Shown here: one piece after another, positions 16,231 to 32,130 of the stretch
How positions within the stretch are numbered: the stretch's first letter is position 1
How the letters are laid out: each line of letters opens with the position of its first letter
Assembly (NCBI RefSeq): GCF_009914755.1
Contig: NC_060933.1
Source: the human T2T-CHM13v2.0 reference genome, Homo sapiens
Strand: one strand, 5' to 3'
DNA length: 64,000 nucleotides
The notes under the pieces: generated by a model
Told to the model about the DNA's origin: nothing
The model's database searches: none
Seen by the model: only the letters and a program-made list of their open reading frames with translations
Position numbers and translations under genes: made by a program

Positions 16231-16248
16231 TACTGCCCTCTAGTGTTT
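16231..16248 (-). promoter_or_regulatory. Candidate CTCF motif
   Basis: Minus strand AAACACTAGAGGGCAGTA vs consensus CCASYAGRKGGCRS; motif match only. Confidence 0.45.
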
Positions 16249-19200
16249 GGATTCCAGAAGAAGATTAAGGTGTTTCCTGGCTTTCATGTGTTCTCTTGTG
16301 GGTTTATTTTTCCCTGGAGAATTTTAACCAAATGGGAAGGTGTTCAACCAAGTGACAACATTGCCTGAAGTATCAGGAACAGCCACGTTTACTTCATCAG
16401 TCATAATGATCATCGGATTTTTTCTCTGTTTACTCAGGTCAATGAGGAAAACACATCAAACACAGAACCAGCACTTTAAAAGTATTGCTGGAAAGATTCT
16501 TTTCCCCCCCAATAATTTAAAAGCAGAGTTTTTAATCGTCTGCACATTTCCCCCAATCTCTTGCATTTCTTGTGAGCATCTAGTTCCCTTTTAACACCTT
16601 GAAAAGCCCCAGAAGTCTGAGAAAGCTGGCCCGGTGGTGTCACTGTTGCACTGTGCGTGCACAGATGAGCACTGGTTGTTGAAATCTAAATGGCTGATGC
16701 TCCTGGGGTGTTCCACATGTTTTAATGTGGGTGTAAGCTATTTCATCTGCTACACTTACTTCTCTAAAACGTGTAGGGTAATCCTTACTTTTTTATTACT
16801 AAAATTTCCTTATAAATGGAACTTGCATCTTCTTATAAAAACATTTTAATGATGTTCATCACTAATCTAAATTTATCCATTTGCAATGCACTTCCATTTA
16901 CTGAATGTGCTTTATAACCATATATATGCCAATTGACTATACAATGTACACATGCTTTTCTAAGTGCACAAAATATTAAATTATCCACAAAATGGCTCTG
17001 CCTGGTAACTTGATATTACAATCACTATTATACAAACATAAACATTTAATCAAGCTTGTATAGAGAATTGTATCAACAGTAAACACAATTGTAATCAAAA
17101 TATCTTTTATGTTTAGTCTTGTTTCTATGTAGTTGTCACAAGATTTAGTAGCTGGCACAATAATAAACTGATATGGTAATTTGCCTGATATTGCTATGGG
17201 GAGAACAGATAAAACTTAACTGAGCTCCAAATCACAGATATGATGTAATAATCAGTGAACTTTAATACTTGCTAAGCAAATTGTTCATCCACACTTTCCT
17301 ACTCTGTTAAGGAAAGAGTTGAAGCTGAAAAATATTTCAGGTAGCTTCTTGCTAGAAATTTGTATACATTAGAATATATATATATATTCTAATGGTTTAA
17401 TGTCTGAACTATATATGTATTCTAATATATATTCTCTCTATATATATTCTAATGGTTTAATGTCGGAACTTTCAGAGTACAGCTCAATAAATTAATGGTA
17501 ATAATTTGCTACTATTCATTCATCTCCTTTCACCAACTTCAAATGTACAAGATTAATGCTTGTTTAATTTCCTTCAATTAAGCTAACATGATAAGCTACT
17601 TTTATAAATTATTTAAGTATTGGATTCTTGAAAAAAACCAACATTTTCAAATACTTGTCTTAAATTAAAAGTCACTTATTATCAGAAAACCTGAGTTTTA
17701 GTCCCAGTTTCACCATAGATTATTGGTAACATTAAAGATGGCTCATCTATAAAATTAGGGGGTTGTATTAAATTCTTCAGTAATATAAATTTTTAAATTG
17801 TATTGAAAATCAAAACTTCTTAAGCCTATTAAGGAGTTTGGAATGATAGCATTCTTGGCTCGAAGTATATATAATCAATGTTTTGGTCAAATTTAACAAG
17901 CTAGAAAGATAACAGGTAATTGGAATATAAAAATACACCCATGTACAAGAACTTAATGAGTAAGAACAGCCAACTTAGAAACATATTTGACCATGAGAGG
18001 ACTGGCTTGTACTTTACACTCTAACCTTCCAATATCAACTAAATTATTTCGTTGTAACTTAGTGGATTTGCCAAAAGCTGACCCAATATTTCCCTCTCCA
18101 GCTCCATGCTTCCTGCATGTTGGACAATACACAGAGGTTTTTCTTTTCACCACTCGAAACTCAGTTAACTCCTCAAAAATAATAAACACATCCTCTTGAC
18201 CCTTTCTTGCTTTCAACTCCTGTCCAGTTTCCGTAGGAAAAATATACTATACAACATGCTAACTTAAAAAGAAAAAAAAACTATTATAGCCTGCTCTGTG
18301 ACACATCTGTTACACATTATGGAAGTAAAAAGCCGAAGGAGCCCCAGTCCTTCTGGGGCTAAATAATTCTATCAGTTCAGAGTTGGTGTGGTATAGCTGT
18401 GTTTCCCAAAAATGTATTCCTTGGAGCTTGAATCTCTCTCGATATTTTTGTTCCCCAGTGAAGATTTACGATATATTGCTATATTTGACATTCTGATAAG
18501 TCTGTCAAAACAAATTTCTTTAACTGTGTTTAAACCAGTGTTCCAACACTTTATTTTTGGAGCATAGATTTTTGTTTTTTAATAAGTAATATAAAACATT
18601 TGAAAAATACTGTTCCAGAGATAAAAATTTATGAGCGCAAAAAGAAAGATGAACTCTGATTAATAATAGCTACTATTTTTATATGTTCATTATATTCCAG
18701 GTACTTTCGACAAGATACACTTTAACACCTATTAGCTCATTTGACATAAAACTTTCTGAAGGATAAGGAGTCTGAGCTCAGCCTTGAAGAATGAATAAAC
18801 CAGGAATATGTTGAGGAAAAGGTCATCCCAGAAAACGGTAAGTTTAAACGAAACTATGAGGCCAGTATATGCCAATCTTGTTTGGAAAATGGCAAAATGA
18901 ATGAAGGAGCTAGAGCTTCTTTAGAACAAAAATGAGGAATTAGACTGGAGCATTAGAAGCTAAGTTGTAGGTGCCTCTAGTACTAAGTAAAATGTGGACT
19001 TGTTTTTTCTAAGCAGTGGGGTGCCTAAGACACATTTGAGCCAGGAGTGGCATGATTAAACAACTGGTCTAAGCCAGTTTTGTCAGTGATACATGGAGCG
19101 CAAAGAAAATAAAAACCACACATTTGGAAGTAAAATCAGGATGCATAAAAGACCTGTACTTTTCATTTCTAAAGCATCTGAACATGGCCAACAATTTTCT

Positions 19201-19579
19201 TCAAAATCTTAAGTGTTTTGCTCATCACCCTGCTCTGATTAAGCCTAGCTTTCCTCAAACATTAGCATCTAGCGCGTCACACACACTAGTTTTTCCATGT
19301 AACTTCATTTTATCAGAATACATTAGTAGTGCTTAATTGTCTCATTCAACTATAAAATTTTAACCCATGTTGGGAGTTAAATATTTGGGAGTGATAGAAC
19401 CCATCTGATAAAGCACTGGAGAGGTGTGGCCAGTGAAACAGGAGGGGACCCATCAGGGAAGAGGGGCAGCTTGGTCAGTGGAAAGCACAGGGCGCCACGG
19501 CAAACTGCCCGCCAAATCCAGACAAAGGCTTGGCAAGCAGGAGGGGAAACTCAGATAAAGCCCAGGTGCATTTCATTCA

Positions 19580-20497
<918 letters not shown>

Positions 20498-23400
20498 GAC
20501 AGATGTGCCAGCCCTGAAGAGGGAACCCAGAAAGCATGAAGATGACAATCAAGGCAATCAAGGACAAGGACAAGAAAAATAAAAGGTCTAAGTAAAAAAG
20601 ATATGAAACATGAAAGAGGTGACTCTTTGTTTGATTCAAGGTAAGCCTGGTAGCCAAGACAACCATGCTGACCTGCAGATTGCATGGTGAGAGTAAACTC
20701 TTTCCCTTCTTGTCCCTGCTCAGGGCACACATTGAGAAACAGGGCTAGCCCTCTGACAGTGACCACATAAGACTACCTTGGGGAGGGAGGAGCTACTGAA
20801 CTCTCTTCACAGTTTAGAGGAGGAAGATTCTTCCCTTAACAAAACAGTCTGGATCTAGAGAGCCTAACCATTCGCAAAAACAGTGGTAAAATGTATTCTA
20901 AGTTCTCTCCTCAACCACCATACCCTCCGTCCCCAATTCCTGCCAAATAAATGTCTCCACTTGGGAGCTGGAGACATCTTCTGTATAAGGATTTAGATAC
21001 CCATATGTGGGAAACAGAAGCACCGTGGTTCTTGCTGCCCTGGCTCTTACAGAACTTTCCAACTGGTAATGAACTGTTGCTCCCCTCACTGCAGCTCCTG
21101 CATCAGAAATTTTCCCTCCATATCACCAAGGCCATCCAAGTCCTCCAATGCCCCCACTTCGGTTGGGGGACTTACAGGTCACTAGTCCAGTGGGATGGCA
21201 GGTTATCCACAGGCAATGGGATGGGAAAGGGGCAGAGTCAGGGCACTATGGTTCAACTGCAAAGCAGATGGCAACTGGGGATTATCATTCGAGGACAATT
21301 TGGCACTCAGTCCTCTCCCCAAGGCTCCTTGGTCCTAACAATGGAGGACTGATTCTTCTCCTCCTTCCCACTTGAAGGTCCCCATGTTCTCACTCCTTCC
21401 ATTCCTTCTTCCTCACCAGCCCTATTCTGATATAGTTTTGAGGAGTGAAAACACTCTCTGTAAGGCACCCACATGTTTTTTCCTAACATTTTTGCCAGCA
21501 GCTACTTTGAGACTTCGCTTAGGTTTCAGTGTGGTCTGCGGGGACAAAAGTGTGGTGGGGGAAAAATGGCCCTTTGATAAAGGGAAAGAGAGAGAGAATA
21601 TACATGGAAAATAAACACATTTGTACTTCAAAAAAGGATATTTTTTGCTTGCTATTATCTACTTATATGCTGAATCCAGGTAATGGGATGACTTGTCAAG
21701 AAAAGCAGTCAGAGTTAATGAACTGTATTTCTTAGGGGACTATTGTGTGCTTCTGTCCATGACAGGTGAGAAGTATATAAAGTTTCTGGGTCATCTGGCG
21801 GTCCTGGGTCAGCCTAACATGCCTGGCAGGCAGAAGTGGTCATTCCTGTTTGAAGACAGAGGAAAGGAATGGAGCAGTAAAAAAGGGGAAAGAAAAAGTA
21901 TTGAGGAATGAGCCAGGAGGGGAGGGAAGGTAACTTTAAATCCATTTTTTGAATGTGAAAAATTAGGATGAAACAGAAGTGAAAAGATTTTTAAGGTTAA
22001 TGGACGTAACAACGAACATTTTGTAAATGAAATGAATGTTTAGACTGCTTTTAGTTATATTTTTTGGTTGCCAGACTGTGCTTCTTTGAATATGGTCTAC
22101 TTATATTTGTGTTACATATAAATTATGGTGTAACCACTGATCATGCCTTTATGAAAACTAGCCTTAGATTTCAACTTTACAATATAAATGGCATACGTAT
22201 GAAGGATTTGGAAAGGGCCCATGAGAAAGCGGAAGCGATTGAGAAGGTGATGAGTAAGCCATGGGTAGAAAGGGCTTAATCGTCAGGAAAGTCATGTTTA
22301 GCTATGGAAGATGAAAGACTAGGGCATGGGGAAAATAGACTTCTCAGAACTGTCCAACCACTTACCTCCCCATAGACGTTGGCTTCTTCTTTTGTCAAGG
22401 AAGGGTTGAAAACATCAAGTCTAGATAAAATTTGGGAAATTCTGAGAATACCTGCGGTTCTTCAGCCTCTCTAGTAAAACAACGGGTTGGAATTTAAGGC
22501 TTCCCCTGGTTCTTCCATCAAGTTGCCTCTTCCTTCTTACCTTTGCCTTACTTTCTCAGCTTAGCCTCAGGCCATGGACTTTTTGTCTACTCATCTGAAC
22601 TGAGGTAATTAATGTTATGATCCTCCTTGAGTAAATGCCATCACTGCCACTTGCTACTTATTTTTATCCAATGCAAAGACTACATCCTTTCATTCCCAGG
22701 AATTTAGCTTTTATTTATTTCCCCAAGAGATGTAAGGAATCATTCTACAGTCCTGAGCAAGAGTGAAGATAATCACATAGAGAAAAAGAATATGGGAACT
22801 GCAAGGGAACTGCTATGACAGTGTGAATAACATACAAATACCTTTGGTACAGGGAGAGAGTAGTTTGGCGGGGGGGAGAAGGAGAAGTAGGGGAAGATAC
22901 TACCAAGGATGTCCCTATAGCCATTGGGCTTGTAATCAATTATCTGTTTCTAGAAAACAGTCTCTACAGTGTTCATGCAGGATACAGGTAAAAAAAAATT
23001 CTCTAACCAAAGAGCACCCTGGTTATCAAATCATAAATACAATTCATTGTTGTCCTATGTGTTGTTTTTGGTTTATACTTATTTTGATTATACTTCAAGT
23101 CAAATCTACACTAGAGAAATATTTAGATATTGGGCCAACTTACTTAATAATTTAATTCAGAAAACTCATTTCATCTGGAGTACCTAAAATTTGGCATTAC
23201 TTCACATCTCCATCTCTAGCCATCTGTTATGATGTCTCTCAAGGGACTTTAAGATGGCTCATAAAGGACAGAGGAAATATTCTTTTTCCTTGCATGACAC
23301 TAAATGGTACCATTGGACTAAACCATGTTGATTATCACTAATATTACCTAAGGTAAAAGTCAAGTAGATAAACAAGGCCTAAGTACTAATTTCTATGAAG

Positions 23401-24368
23401 AGTTTTTGTTCGTCCAATAAATGCTGCACCGAGTTTGGAAAGTGGGTTTGATTAAATAAGATATACATCATATAATATTTTCTTTTTTATAATACAGACT
23501 ATCTTGAGATCAGTTGTGATTGATGGAGAAGAATTCACATTCCAGAAAGATTAAGATCATATTGCTCGCATCCACTTAGATACCATGCACTCTTATGGAT
23601 ACCAGTCACGGGATACCAGTTTTGGTAATGTCTGCAGAAAGCAACAGCAGTTGCTTCATACACTGGAGACCTTGAACATTTTTTTCCCTGGCTTCCTTAG
23701 TTTGTGAAAAATATCCATAACTTACCACCATCTCAGTCCCATTTTCCCAAACCGAAAAATTAAAAAAAAAATCTGAAAGAAATGAGAGATAGAAGATGCA
23801 AACTAGCATTGGCCTGCATTTGCATTCTTCTTGGTTTCTCTTTTTAATTGTCCAAGTCCTTCCCAAAATGATTCTTTCATTTACTTATAATTATTAACTC
23901 ATATTTGTTTAGCAGACAGTTATGAAGCTTAGTCATTGTATGCAACATGTAAGATATTACAAATTCTGGCTTTCATCAAAATTAGAATTATAAATTTGCC
24001 CCTGCTCTTTTGTTTTCCACTGGACTCTGAAGACGTCCATATTTAACTTTCACATTGAATGGCAGAAATCTCATCAGAATAGACTTGAGGCTAATGATCT
24101 TCCCCTTTCCTTTCAATGAACTTTTCTTAGTTCCCTGCCTTCTTCCTTCCTTCCTTCATCCCTGCTTCCCATTTCTGAGCAAAACTCTGGTGTTAATATT
24201 GTTTCCAGGATAGTAACAGAGTTCATAATGTAAATACAACAATACACTGGAACCATCTGTTACAAAATGGATATGTCCAAGACACAATGATGATAACAAT
24301 GGCAGAAAGTTTATGCTAGGGGTTGGTGAGGGCTTGTTCTTTAATGGATCTTAAATATATATGATTTT

Positions 24369-24390
24369 ATATATATATATATATATATAT
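24369..24390. repeat. (AT)n microsatellite
   Basis: Directly visible. Confidence 0.95.
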
Positions 24391-26149
24391 TTGCAAAATT
24401 TAAAATTATATGCCATCTTATATTTTTAGGAAGTTGTGGGATGTATGTTATTCATTAACAAAGTAACATATCACCAGAAAGGTTTCATTTCCAGGGCTAC
24501 GTAACAGGAAGTAGAATGCTTGTTTAGACAGTATCTTGTCAATATGGTAACTTTTAACCTAAATGTGTAGTTAACCTAGTATGCAATAACAATGATCAAT
24601 GTTTATATAGCACTTTAAAGACGTTCACATCCTTTATATATTTTGACTTTCAAAACCCTGGAAGATATTATCCTCATGAATAAATAGAGAATAAAGAAAC
24701 AAAATATCGAATTGGGGACTCCAATCCTATTTTTCCCTTTCAAAATTTTTTTAGCAACCAGAGTTTCTAATCTGTCTAGTATTCAGAATTCCTATACATA
24801 AAGTTCTATTAACTTTTTCTAGTAACTTTTCTTTTTCATTTGAAAGTTGAAACATAGATAAGCCTCCTAAGTATCATGGGAAGTACATCACATCAAAAAA
24901 ATATGGTCCATGGTTCACAAAGGAAAAGTTACCAATGATTTTCACACCTCAGAACTTCCCATCACAATTTTGACATGGACACATATATCTTAGCATAGCA
25001 AATGATAACTTCCACACAGGTGGCTCCGCACATATATTCTTTTGGACCTCAATTCCTTAATGTTTCAAAGTGATTCTTGGCCCTTCACTGTCTTCCAATA
25101 TTTGAAATGTATGATTTTTAAAATAAATATTCATAAAACATTTTACTAGCAAGGAGATTGAGACTGGTTTAGCAACTTAACTCATCCAATGTGCAAACCT
25201 AAAAATTGGGCTTACGTGTACTAATTGTCTGCTGTCCAGTTCAGAGAGGCATCACTCTTGCATGACACCCATAGAAAAGCATGCTACAGAATCCCAAATA
25301 GAAGCTCTATTTTCCCAACCCTAACACAAACCTTCAACAGCATGAGCTTTCAGAGCCAGGTCTTTGTAGACCATGAAGCTTATTTTATGGTCAAATGGGA
25401 TCATCCCTTGGCAGAAGTCCTCTTTAGAAGCAAACTTCCTTTACTTGACTGTTTAAAATAATGTGAAAACTTAACCATTAGAGGTATATACAATTTCCAC
25501 CTTACATTTCTCCAATTTATTATCAACCATTTGAGAAATAATAACGAATATGAATGAAAACAAGCATTTTGCCAGCAGTATGATCTCACCAACTTCCTTC
25601 TAGAATACTGTTTAGTCTACCAAGCTAAGTTCTTCTTTTTCCCTCCTTTTGAAGAGGGACTGTACATAAAAAGGGCATTAAAGTGGAATCTACTTATCCT
25701 AATTAACACAGATGACTGGAGAGGAGGGATTATATGAGTGATGGATATTTTGCAATTTCCCATTATCTTGAAAACTAGATACTTGGCTTATTATACAAGT
25801 GCTGGGGTTTTGATTGATAAAACCTCTCACTAGGTTTAAATATCTCCCATCCAAAACATCTCTTATTTAAAATGTTAAGGAGTGGCACATTCACTTCACC
25901 AATCAATGAGACCTTGCAGCTCTCAATTCTCCTAGAATCCTTTTTGTTTTTAGCTTCCCTTTCTGGCAGAAATTATGAGGAAATCTCTAGAATAAGAAAG
26001 TAGGAAGGCACTTTACGAGTTTATTTTGAAAGTCGGGATACAAATTCATAGTAGTGTTAGAACACTCTTTCAGATGGCCCCCCACAATTCCACTATATGT
26101 ATCACCACAGCTCTGAAGTTACACTGACTTTCGCAGTGGTAACAATATT

Positions 26150-26330
26150 TCTAGCATTTATCAGGTGCTATCATATGCAACCACCTCATCTCATTTGATA
26201 CTAAGAGTGCTGTGAGGAAAAATGTTATTATTTCCATTTTACCAACAAAGCAGGCAGAGGCTCAGAGAAGTCAGTTGCCTGCTAATCAGGAGCCCAGCCA
26301 GGTTACGAACTCAGGGCCCTGACCTCTGAA
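26150..26330 (-). mobile_element. MIR
   Basis: tctcatttgat...tgtgagg...ccatttta...gaggctcagagaag. Confidence 0.65.
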
Positions 26331-26516
26331 GGCCCATGCCCTTCACACTACATTTCAGAGAAATCTAGAGTTCCTTCCTTATATGACATTTATCAGCTAT
26401 GATTTACATTAAATGCAAGAGCAAGACAGGCAAAGTGAAGGATAAAACATTGATAACTTTGCTATATGAATAACTGTAATGTACAGAAAGGAAAAGCTTT
26501 AGAAAAAATTAACTAC

Positions 26517-27101
26517 TGTACACCAAAAATAGAAATTCTAAGGCCCCCCAACCATCTGAATGGACTCCTCCTCTCAGCCAAGGGCATTCCAAAGTTAACC
26601 TGAATAATGAGTTCAGGCCATGATAAGAAGGGGTAGCCAGACATGCCTTATTATACCCTCCTCCCTTTTGGAATTACTGATAGAACAGATTAGGTCTGAC
26701 AAGAAACATTTACAATCTATTCTCTCTGAAGCCTGCTACCTAGAAACTTCATCTTTATGAGAAAACCCTGGCCTACACAACCCCTTATCATAAGCCAAAC
26801 ATGCCTTTCTGTTAATAACTCTTTCAACCAGTGGCCAATCACAAAATCTTTGAATTTGCCTATGACTTGGAAGCTCCAGCTTCCACTTGTCCCCCATTTC
26901 CAGACCAAACCAACATACATCTTACATGTATTGATTTATATCTCATGTCTCCCTAAAATATATAAAGCCAAACTGTACCCTGACCACCTTGGGCACATGT
27001 TCTCAGGATCTCCTGAGGGCTGTGTCATGAGCCATGGTCACTCATATTTGGCTCAGAATAAATCTCAAATATTTTACAGAGTTTGACTCTTTTGATCAAC
27101 A
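26517..27101 (+). mobile_element. MER4-family ERV1 solo LTR
   Basis: TG...CA ends; aaattctaaggccccccaaccatctgaatggac start; tttggctcagaataaa...ttttacagagtttgactctttt end. Confidence 0.85.
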
Positions 27102-27195
27102 CCATTGAATAGAAGCAATAATAAGCAGACACTTACAAATAAATGTGGTTGACAACTATTACAAATGTAAATTTTAAATGTGAAACTTTTCTCAC

Positions 27196-27486
27196 AGTAC
27201 TTTGGGAGGCAAAGGCGGGTGGATTGCTTGAGCCCAGGAGGAGTTCGAGACCAGCCTGGGCAAATGTGAAACCCTGTCTCTACCAAAAAAAAAAAAAAAA
27301 AAAAAAAAAAAGCAAAAGTTAGCCTGGTGTGGTGGCTTGCACCTGTAGTCCTAGCTAGCTACTCGGGAGGCTGAGGTGTGAGAATTGCATGGGAGGTGGA
27401 GGTTGCAGTGAGCCAAGATCACACCACTGCACTTCAGCCTGAGTGAGAATGTGAGACCCTGTCTCACAAACAAAAACAACAAAAAC
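27196..27486 (+). mobile_element. Alu, 5'-truncated, with expanded central poly(A)
   Basis: Dimer with a ~27-nt A run between the arms. Confidence 0.88.
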
Positions 27487-30383
27487 AAATGTACATTTTC
27501 TTTCTTAACCCTAGGATTAAACAGTAAAAGATGAGGAAACTGTATGTTCTTTAGGCTAAAAATAAGCCACTTGTTCTTAAAGATCAACCAGCATCCTTTA
27601 TTACAAACACCTGACACCGCTCTCCTATTTTGATGAAAACTCTGAAAAGTAATCATAGTTTACTGGTCCTTTATTTTTAAAAATGTAGGTAATAAATACA
27701 TGTGTATTTATAAGAAATGTAATAGGAAAGTGTAACAAATATTAGAAATAGGATTTTAAAAATCATTCTGAAGCTAACAGCAGTAGTTGCTGGTTATACT
27801 TTTAATTGCATAGGTATCCAAATGCAACAAAATGAAGTTCATGGGAATACATTCCTTAAGTGAAGAGAACTCATAGTAAGGTTTTTAAAGCTCAGTCACG
27901 TTTCTGAAATATCTGTAGCAAAATATCTATATTTTTAACTAAAGCAAAATATTTTCTAGAGAAGTTACATCTTAAAGAATTGAACAAGTTTATAAATATC
28001 TCAGCAATGATTAACCAATCCGATTTATACGTAAAGAAAGCAAATCAATTTATTTAGAATTCCACTAGTAAATTATTCTCTTTGTGTGCAGTCTGTAAAA
28101 ATATAAACTTTCATTTAAGTACTTCCTTGCTAGTTTGAGAATCATCTTTTTCTAATGGGAATGACAGGCATATATTTTGATATTCACAGAAAGAACAAAT
28201 CCAACAGTAGTAATAACTTGTTTTAAAAATAAGTATTCAATTATTTCATTTTAACTTATAGAATTGTATTTCTTTCCACTAAAAAATAAACATGTTAGGC
28301 TTTTTGTGGATTGTGTTGCCTTACTCAAACTTTTCTGGAGCCAGTGAATGAACATATTTTATACTCAGTTGAGAGATTTCTATCAGTATACTTAAAGGCA
28401 AGCAGGGTGCATAATTAGGTATGCCTGCCATCTGCATAGCCCTCCAGGTGCAAAAGGCATTAGCTTTATTTAATATTATCACAACATTAATTTTACTCCA
28501 TTAATTTATGTCATTTATCCTTTATTTCAAACTCAGATTTCCAAAACTAAAGCACTGGGCGCGATGACCCAATTCTGATTTTAGTGAAAGTCTTATAAAC
28601 AAAATCTTAAGCAACCTCCCTAGCTAAGAATATACTTAAGAACAGGAATTGACTGGCTGGCTTTCACATCTTAAAAAAAGGAGTCCTATAAACAAAATGT
28701 TCTTGATTTTAGTGTTACTATTTTAGAGTTTTTTCCAAAGAGGAAGCACATCATAAGATCATGATTTCAGGTGGCACTGACAAGGCACCAGGAAATATTA
28801 AATCACAGCATTAGAAAGGTATGAAAATGCCATTCAGTTCCTTTAAGCCCAGAAAAGTTTCCATGGAGTTTTTAACACTATTCTAACATTTGTGATTCTC
28901 CCTTTCTAACAGAGAGCAGGGTGCAGACCTACAGTTTTGACTCTTGGTAGATAATAGTATCTTGGCAGAATTTTGTTCCTTTGCTTTATGAACTTTTGCT
29001 CATAGTCATTTTGTATTTATGGCAAATGATACTGGTTTTCCATTGAAAGTAATGAGATACTATTTCTTTTGAGCAAATTCAACTTAAAATCAGTCTGCTT
29101 TAAAGAAAAATGTTTAGTAATTTATAGTACAGTTATAGAAAAACATGGGAAACATCATGAAGGTTGTATGTAAAACAAGTGAAACTTTGGAAAGTTTTGT
29201 ATAAGTTGATTTGCATCCAACTTCCAAAGAAAAAGACATGATTACACAAATATAAAAATGGAAGGTTATTTAGAGAAAGTACTGAATTTATATGACTCTA
29301 TGTCTTATAAGTACAACTGCTGCCATCATTCCTTAAAAGCTTATTCTGTGCACAGTATTAGTACTTCACATGCAGTTATCTCATTTAATTTTCCAAAACA
29401 AGATAAATCTTTTAAGTTTTGCCGAATGTAATAAAGTACATTTAGGTGAATGAAGTTCAGTGTAGTGGAACCGTGAATGCCAAATATTTTAAGGTAGACT
29501 CGGGTCAAAAATCATAATTTCCAGTACATCAATAAGAAAATATGTAAGAAGAAAAATTATGTTTTCCAAGGATAACTGTGTTTGTTTCTGAAAATATGGA
29601 TGTAAAGAGGAGGAGGGTGAGGGGAGAAAGGATCACAAAATACTCACACTTGACACAACCTTCCAAAAAGTGTCTAAAGTTAAGTGAATAAGTTGAAGTT
29701 TCCTCCTAGAAGCAGCCTAAGGCAGTGTTTTGATGGTGTTATCCTTTTGGAAATTTCAAATAACAACTCCAGTGAAGCAATTCTGAGATCCTTACCATAC
29801 ATTTGCCTCCTGCTTGACATAATGCCTTTTAAGGGCCTATTATTGAACTTTCAGTACTTGACTGACAATAACAATTCTTACACAGATAATACCATTTTTG
29901 TTCTAAATTACACTGAAATGAATATGGAATACTTGTATTTTGAGGAAAAGGAAAATTCAATGCCAAGCATATAAAAATCACCTTAAGAACATTTGCTTTC
30001 CCCAGTTTTCATGCTCTTAGTTAGAACTTTTCTTGACACCAATTTTTTGCCTCTTAAGGTATTGAAGGCCAATCCTGCCTTACAAATAACTCTCTTTAGA
30101 AAAGGACAAAGTTAAACATTAATTCCTAGTAGTCAAAGTTGAGAAACATCTTTGCACAAATCAAATGCATTCCAGAATATCTGTCACTGACATGAAACAA
30201 CACACCAGGGCTGCTGAAAGCAAGTGATGATAGTTTTGACATTCCCACACCTAGACCAAAAAAAAAAAAGCCTATTTATTACTTGTCTCCCTGAACACAT
30301 CCTTTCAACTTCTCTATTCACCCTGGGATCTCAAGAGGGGCACCAAATCATTGTACGGCATTCTCAGACAATAAACTAGCTGA

Positions 30384-30808
<425 letters not shown>

Positions 30809-30918
30809 CTTTGTCTTATCTTTAACGAATTTTAATTTTTTTATGCTTCTAACTCCATCACTGTTCTGATATATGAATTTTACTGATTGGCTACATTACC
30901 TTGCTATTCCTGCTGCTA

Positions 30919-30923
<5 letters not shown>

Positions 30924-30972
<49 letters not shown>
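30924..30972. repeat. (TG)n microsatellite, ~24 units
   Basis: Directly visible. Confidence 0.97.
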
Positions 30973-30977
<5 letters not shown>

Positions 30978-31360
30978 AAATACTTTATTACTGTTATTAT
31001 CCTTTTGGAGTGGTATGAAGAATACCAGAAATCTGTGGTATTTCCAGTTTGATTTAATCAAACGTAATTATATTTATGGAACCTATTATGGGCAATCCAC
31101 TGTTTTGGGTAGTATGTTGGCATTAACATTGTAATAGTCAAGTCTTTATTTAAACTCTTTGTTCAAGTACTTTCTTCTTTCTTCTTTCACCACAGACAAC
31201 TACTATATTTCCAGAAAGAAAAAATATAGCAAGCATAAGGCTTCATTACTTATCCCCAGGACTTATGAATCTATATTCTTTTCCTCTCAAACTTTACTTT
31301 CCTTCCTCCCTCCCTCCTTCCATTTTCTCTTTAATGTGCTTTGTCTTTGTTAATTAATAG

Positions 31361-31718
<358 letters not shown>

Positions 31719-31719
31719 T

Positions 31720-32130
31720 AACAGTTTCCCAGTGCTTAAACAAAGTACCACAAACTGTGGCTTAAAACAACAGAGATTTATTTTCTCACAGTATATAGAG
31801 GGCAGAAGCCTGAAATCAAGGTGTCAATAAGGCCAACTTCTTTCTGAAGGCCCTAGGGAAAAAACATTCCTTGTCTCTTCCAGCTTTTGAGGGCCCCCTA
31901 GGTATTCCTTGGCTTGTTTGTTTTGTTTTGTTTTGCCTCCATCTTCATGGGGCCTTCTTCCCTATGTCTGTGCCTTCACAATACCTACTTACACAGAAAC
32001 CAGTCCTAGGATAGAGAACACCCTAAATCAGCATGAACTTAACTCATTACATCTGCAAAGACCCCATTTCCAAAGGTCACGTTCTGAGGTTCCAGATGGA
32101 CATGAATCATGGGAAGACACTATTTAAACT
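31720..32130 (-). mobile_element. MaLR LTR (MLT1-like)
   Basis: acaaagtaccacaaactg..gcttaaaacaacagagatttattttctcacagt; catctgcaaagaccccatttccaaa. Confidence 0.78.

Noticed and set aside
20951-21352. 133-aa intergenic ORF
   Set aside because: No recognisable homology, splice structure or retrocopy hallmarks
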